Source: Candidatus Cloacimonadales bacterium (GTDB lineage: Bacteria; Cloacimonadota; Cloacimonadia; Cloacimonadales; JAFGVF01). From it: a DNA stretch of 64,000 nt. The first letter of the stretch is position 1, and every line of letters begins with the position of its first letter. Of the stretch, positions 62,537-64,000 are shown piece by piece. The DNA lies in contig CAXXOU010000003.1 in NCBI GenBank assembly GCA_963677495.2, positions 384,001 through 448,000 of the forward strand. The letters run 5' to 3'. Made by a program: the position numbers and the translations under genes. Below the pieces are notes generated by a model, which saw only the letters and a list, made by a program, of their open reading frames with translations, was not told where the DNA came from and did no database searches.

Positions 62537-64000
62537 CTATTTCATCAACACCATTTTGCCTGTTGCTTTTTGATTTCCAGAGGAGACTTTATAAAAATAA
62601 ATTCCACTAGTCACAGGTTGATTGTTTGAATCTGTTCCATTCCAATTAACGGTATGCGTTCCTGCCAAATAGTTTTGATTTGTAAGTTCAACTATCTCTT
62701 GTCCAAGAATATTAAACACTGTCAATTTTACATTACCTGCTTTAGGGACTGTAAAACTTATTGAAGTGTCTGGATTAAAAGGATTCGGATAATTAGATGT
62801 TATTAAGTTATTTGGTATCCTGGGATTTGTATCCTCTTCATTCGGTACATGTTCTAGCGAAATAAACATTTCTACATCATCAACATACAAAGCTGCTACA
62901 CCATTGGTTGTTGCTTGAATAGCAAACCTTACTTGCTCAGTTTCTGGAATAGGAACCTGTGCTTCAAACAGAGTCCAATTAGTATCTACAAGTATCGGTG
63001 TAAGGTGAGTTGGAACAAAACTAAAGTCGTTTGGATCTAAACTACCGTCTGAGTATTTAAGATTCATTATTGCTCTGGACTCTCCCTCAAGAATATGACT
63101 CTTGGCATAAAATTTTACATCAAGAGAATCAAGATCTCCAATGTAGAATTGTGGTGTATCTAGGAGTGGAGAGATCAACCAGTCATTTGTGTCACCATTC
63201 TGTGCAGGGAATGATACTGCCATCTTTTGTCCGAAATGTGGATTAGTGCCTGCAACAAGCGGATTCACCTGGAATGGGTTTAAGACCATAAATCCTTTTA
63301 ACTCTCCATCATTTGGGAATGTTGAACCTTCATATGTTGTAGTAAAATCCTGATCTAAATCTAAAGTTACCCATGGTGTAAACTCAGTATCGAATGAAGT
63401 ATTCTCCTCAAAACTATCATTCAAATAACTAACTCTGTCTGTGTCTAAAAAATGAATCTTAGTATTAGGCAAGTAATACCTTGCTTCTCCAACCGGTGGA
63501 TATGCAATAGAAGGGACAATAGAGTTGGATGAGTAGTGTAAACTTCTAGTTGTTGATGTGGAAGTACATCTAAAATTATCAGCATTAGTTTCATGCAGAT
63601 TCGTATCCTCAATAAACGCTATAACAACATGTCTGTCATCTTCCAACACAAACGCCTGATCAAGTTCTATCTTTAGCCATGTATGCGAATCTACACTATT
63701 TACAATACCATCAAAAACAAGAGTCAAATCCTCTTCAGGAACCCATGATGTAGTACTCCAGAAGAACTCATCTTCAGTATATCCCATATATATCTGAACA
63801 TGATTTGAAAATAGTGAATAACCGGTCCAGAAATATGATAGTGCAGTAATAACATCACCCCTTGCAACTTCAACATCATGATATATTGATTGAGTATAGC
63901 TATATCTATCTTGCGGTTCCCATGGGAATCCTCCTAAGACTGACATACCGGTTCCAACTGTCATTATACTCTCATTGTCTTCAACAGTAAACGATTTAAC
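62537..64000 (-). CDS. Secreted protein with a cleaved-adhesin (choice-of-anchor J-like) domain and FlgD/T9SS-like CTD (5' end outside the window)
   Basis: Frame is open to the window end; DSFE...W.TLDLD, NDWLISP, LYVDDV; CTD NYPNPFNP...WNGTD...GIYFY. Confidence 0.85.
   Translation of the reverse strand, partial: VKSFTVEDNESIMTVGTGMSVLGGFPWEPQDRYSYTQSIYHDVEVARGDVITALSYFWTGYSLFSNHVQIYMGYTEDEFFWSTTSWVPEEDLTLVFDGIVNSVDSHTWLKIELDQAFVLEDDRHVVIAFIEDTNLHETNADNFRCTSTSTTRSLHYSSNSIVPSIAYPPVGEARYYLPNTKIHFLDTDRVSYLNDSFEENTSFDTEFTPWVTLDLDQDFTTTYEGSTFPNDGELKGFMVLNPFQVNPLVAGTNPHFGQKMAVSFPAQNGDTNDWLISPLLDTPQFYIGDLDSLDVKFYAKSHILEGESRAIMNLKYSDGSLDPNDFSFVPTHLTPILVDTNWTLFEAQVPIPETEQVRFAIQATTNGVAALYVDDVEMFISLEHVPNEEDTNPRIPNNLITSNYPNPFNPDTSISFTVPKAGNVKLTVFNILGQEIVELTNQNYLAGTHTVNWNGTDSNNQPVTSGIYFYKVSSGNQKATGKMVLMK

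Overview
AT-rich chromosomal window from a diderm bacterium, most likely Candidatus Cloacimonadota (FCB group). This assignment is an inference from the 16S sequence style, the many proteins ending in a FlgD-Ig/T9SS-like C-terminal domain, and a GlmL-like operon. The window holds a complete 16S-23S-5S rRNA operon (minus strand, no spacer tRNAs) and housekeeping genes (purS, purQ, rsmI, trxB, pcrA/uvrD, dxr, glycerate kinase, ComF). It also holds an NtrY-type kinase locus with a sigma-54-type promoter, a K+ channel next to a stand-alone cNMP-binding protein, and several secreted FG-GAP/adhesin proteins. The most striking feature is a tightly coupled operon (40108-32118, minus). It encodes a single-chain FliF-ring(RBM3)-TM-FliG(M+C) fusion, flagellar-type MotA and MotB, an ExeA-like ATPase, a Wzc tyrosine kinase/co-polymerase, a degenerate SLBB-LCP protein and a Wza-like exporter, with no other flagellar gene in the window. 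It is transcribed divergently from a 1558-aa integrin-like adhesin with a type-B-like CTD and a PorV/PorP-like barrel. This is a candidate flagellum-independent ion-driven rotary motor coupled to envelope export or adhesin display. A 90-bp element carrying paired DnaA boxes brackets the region in inverted orientation. All family assignments were made by eye from motifs; no database searches were run.
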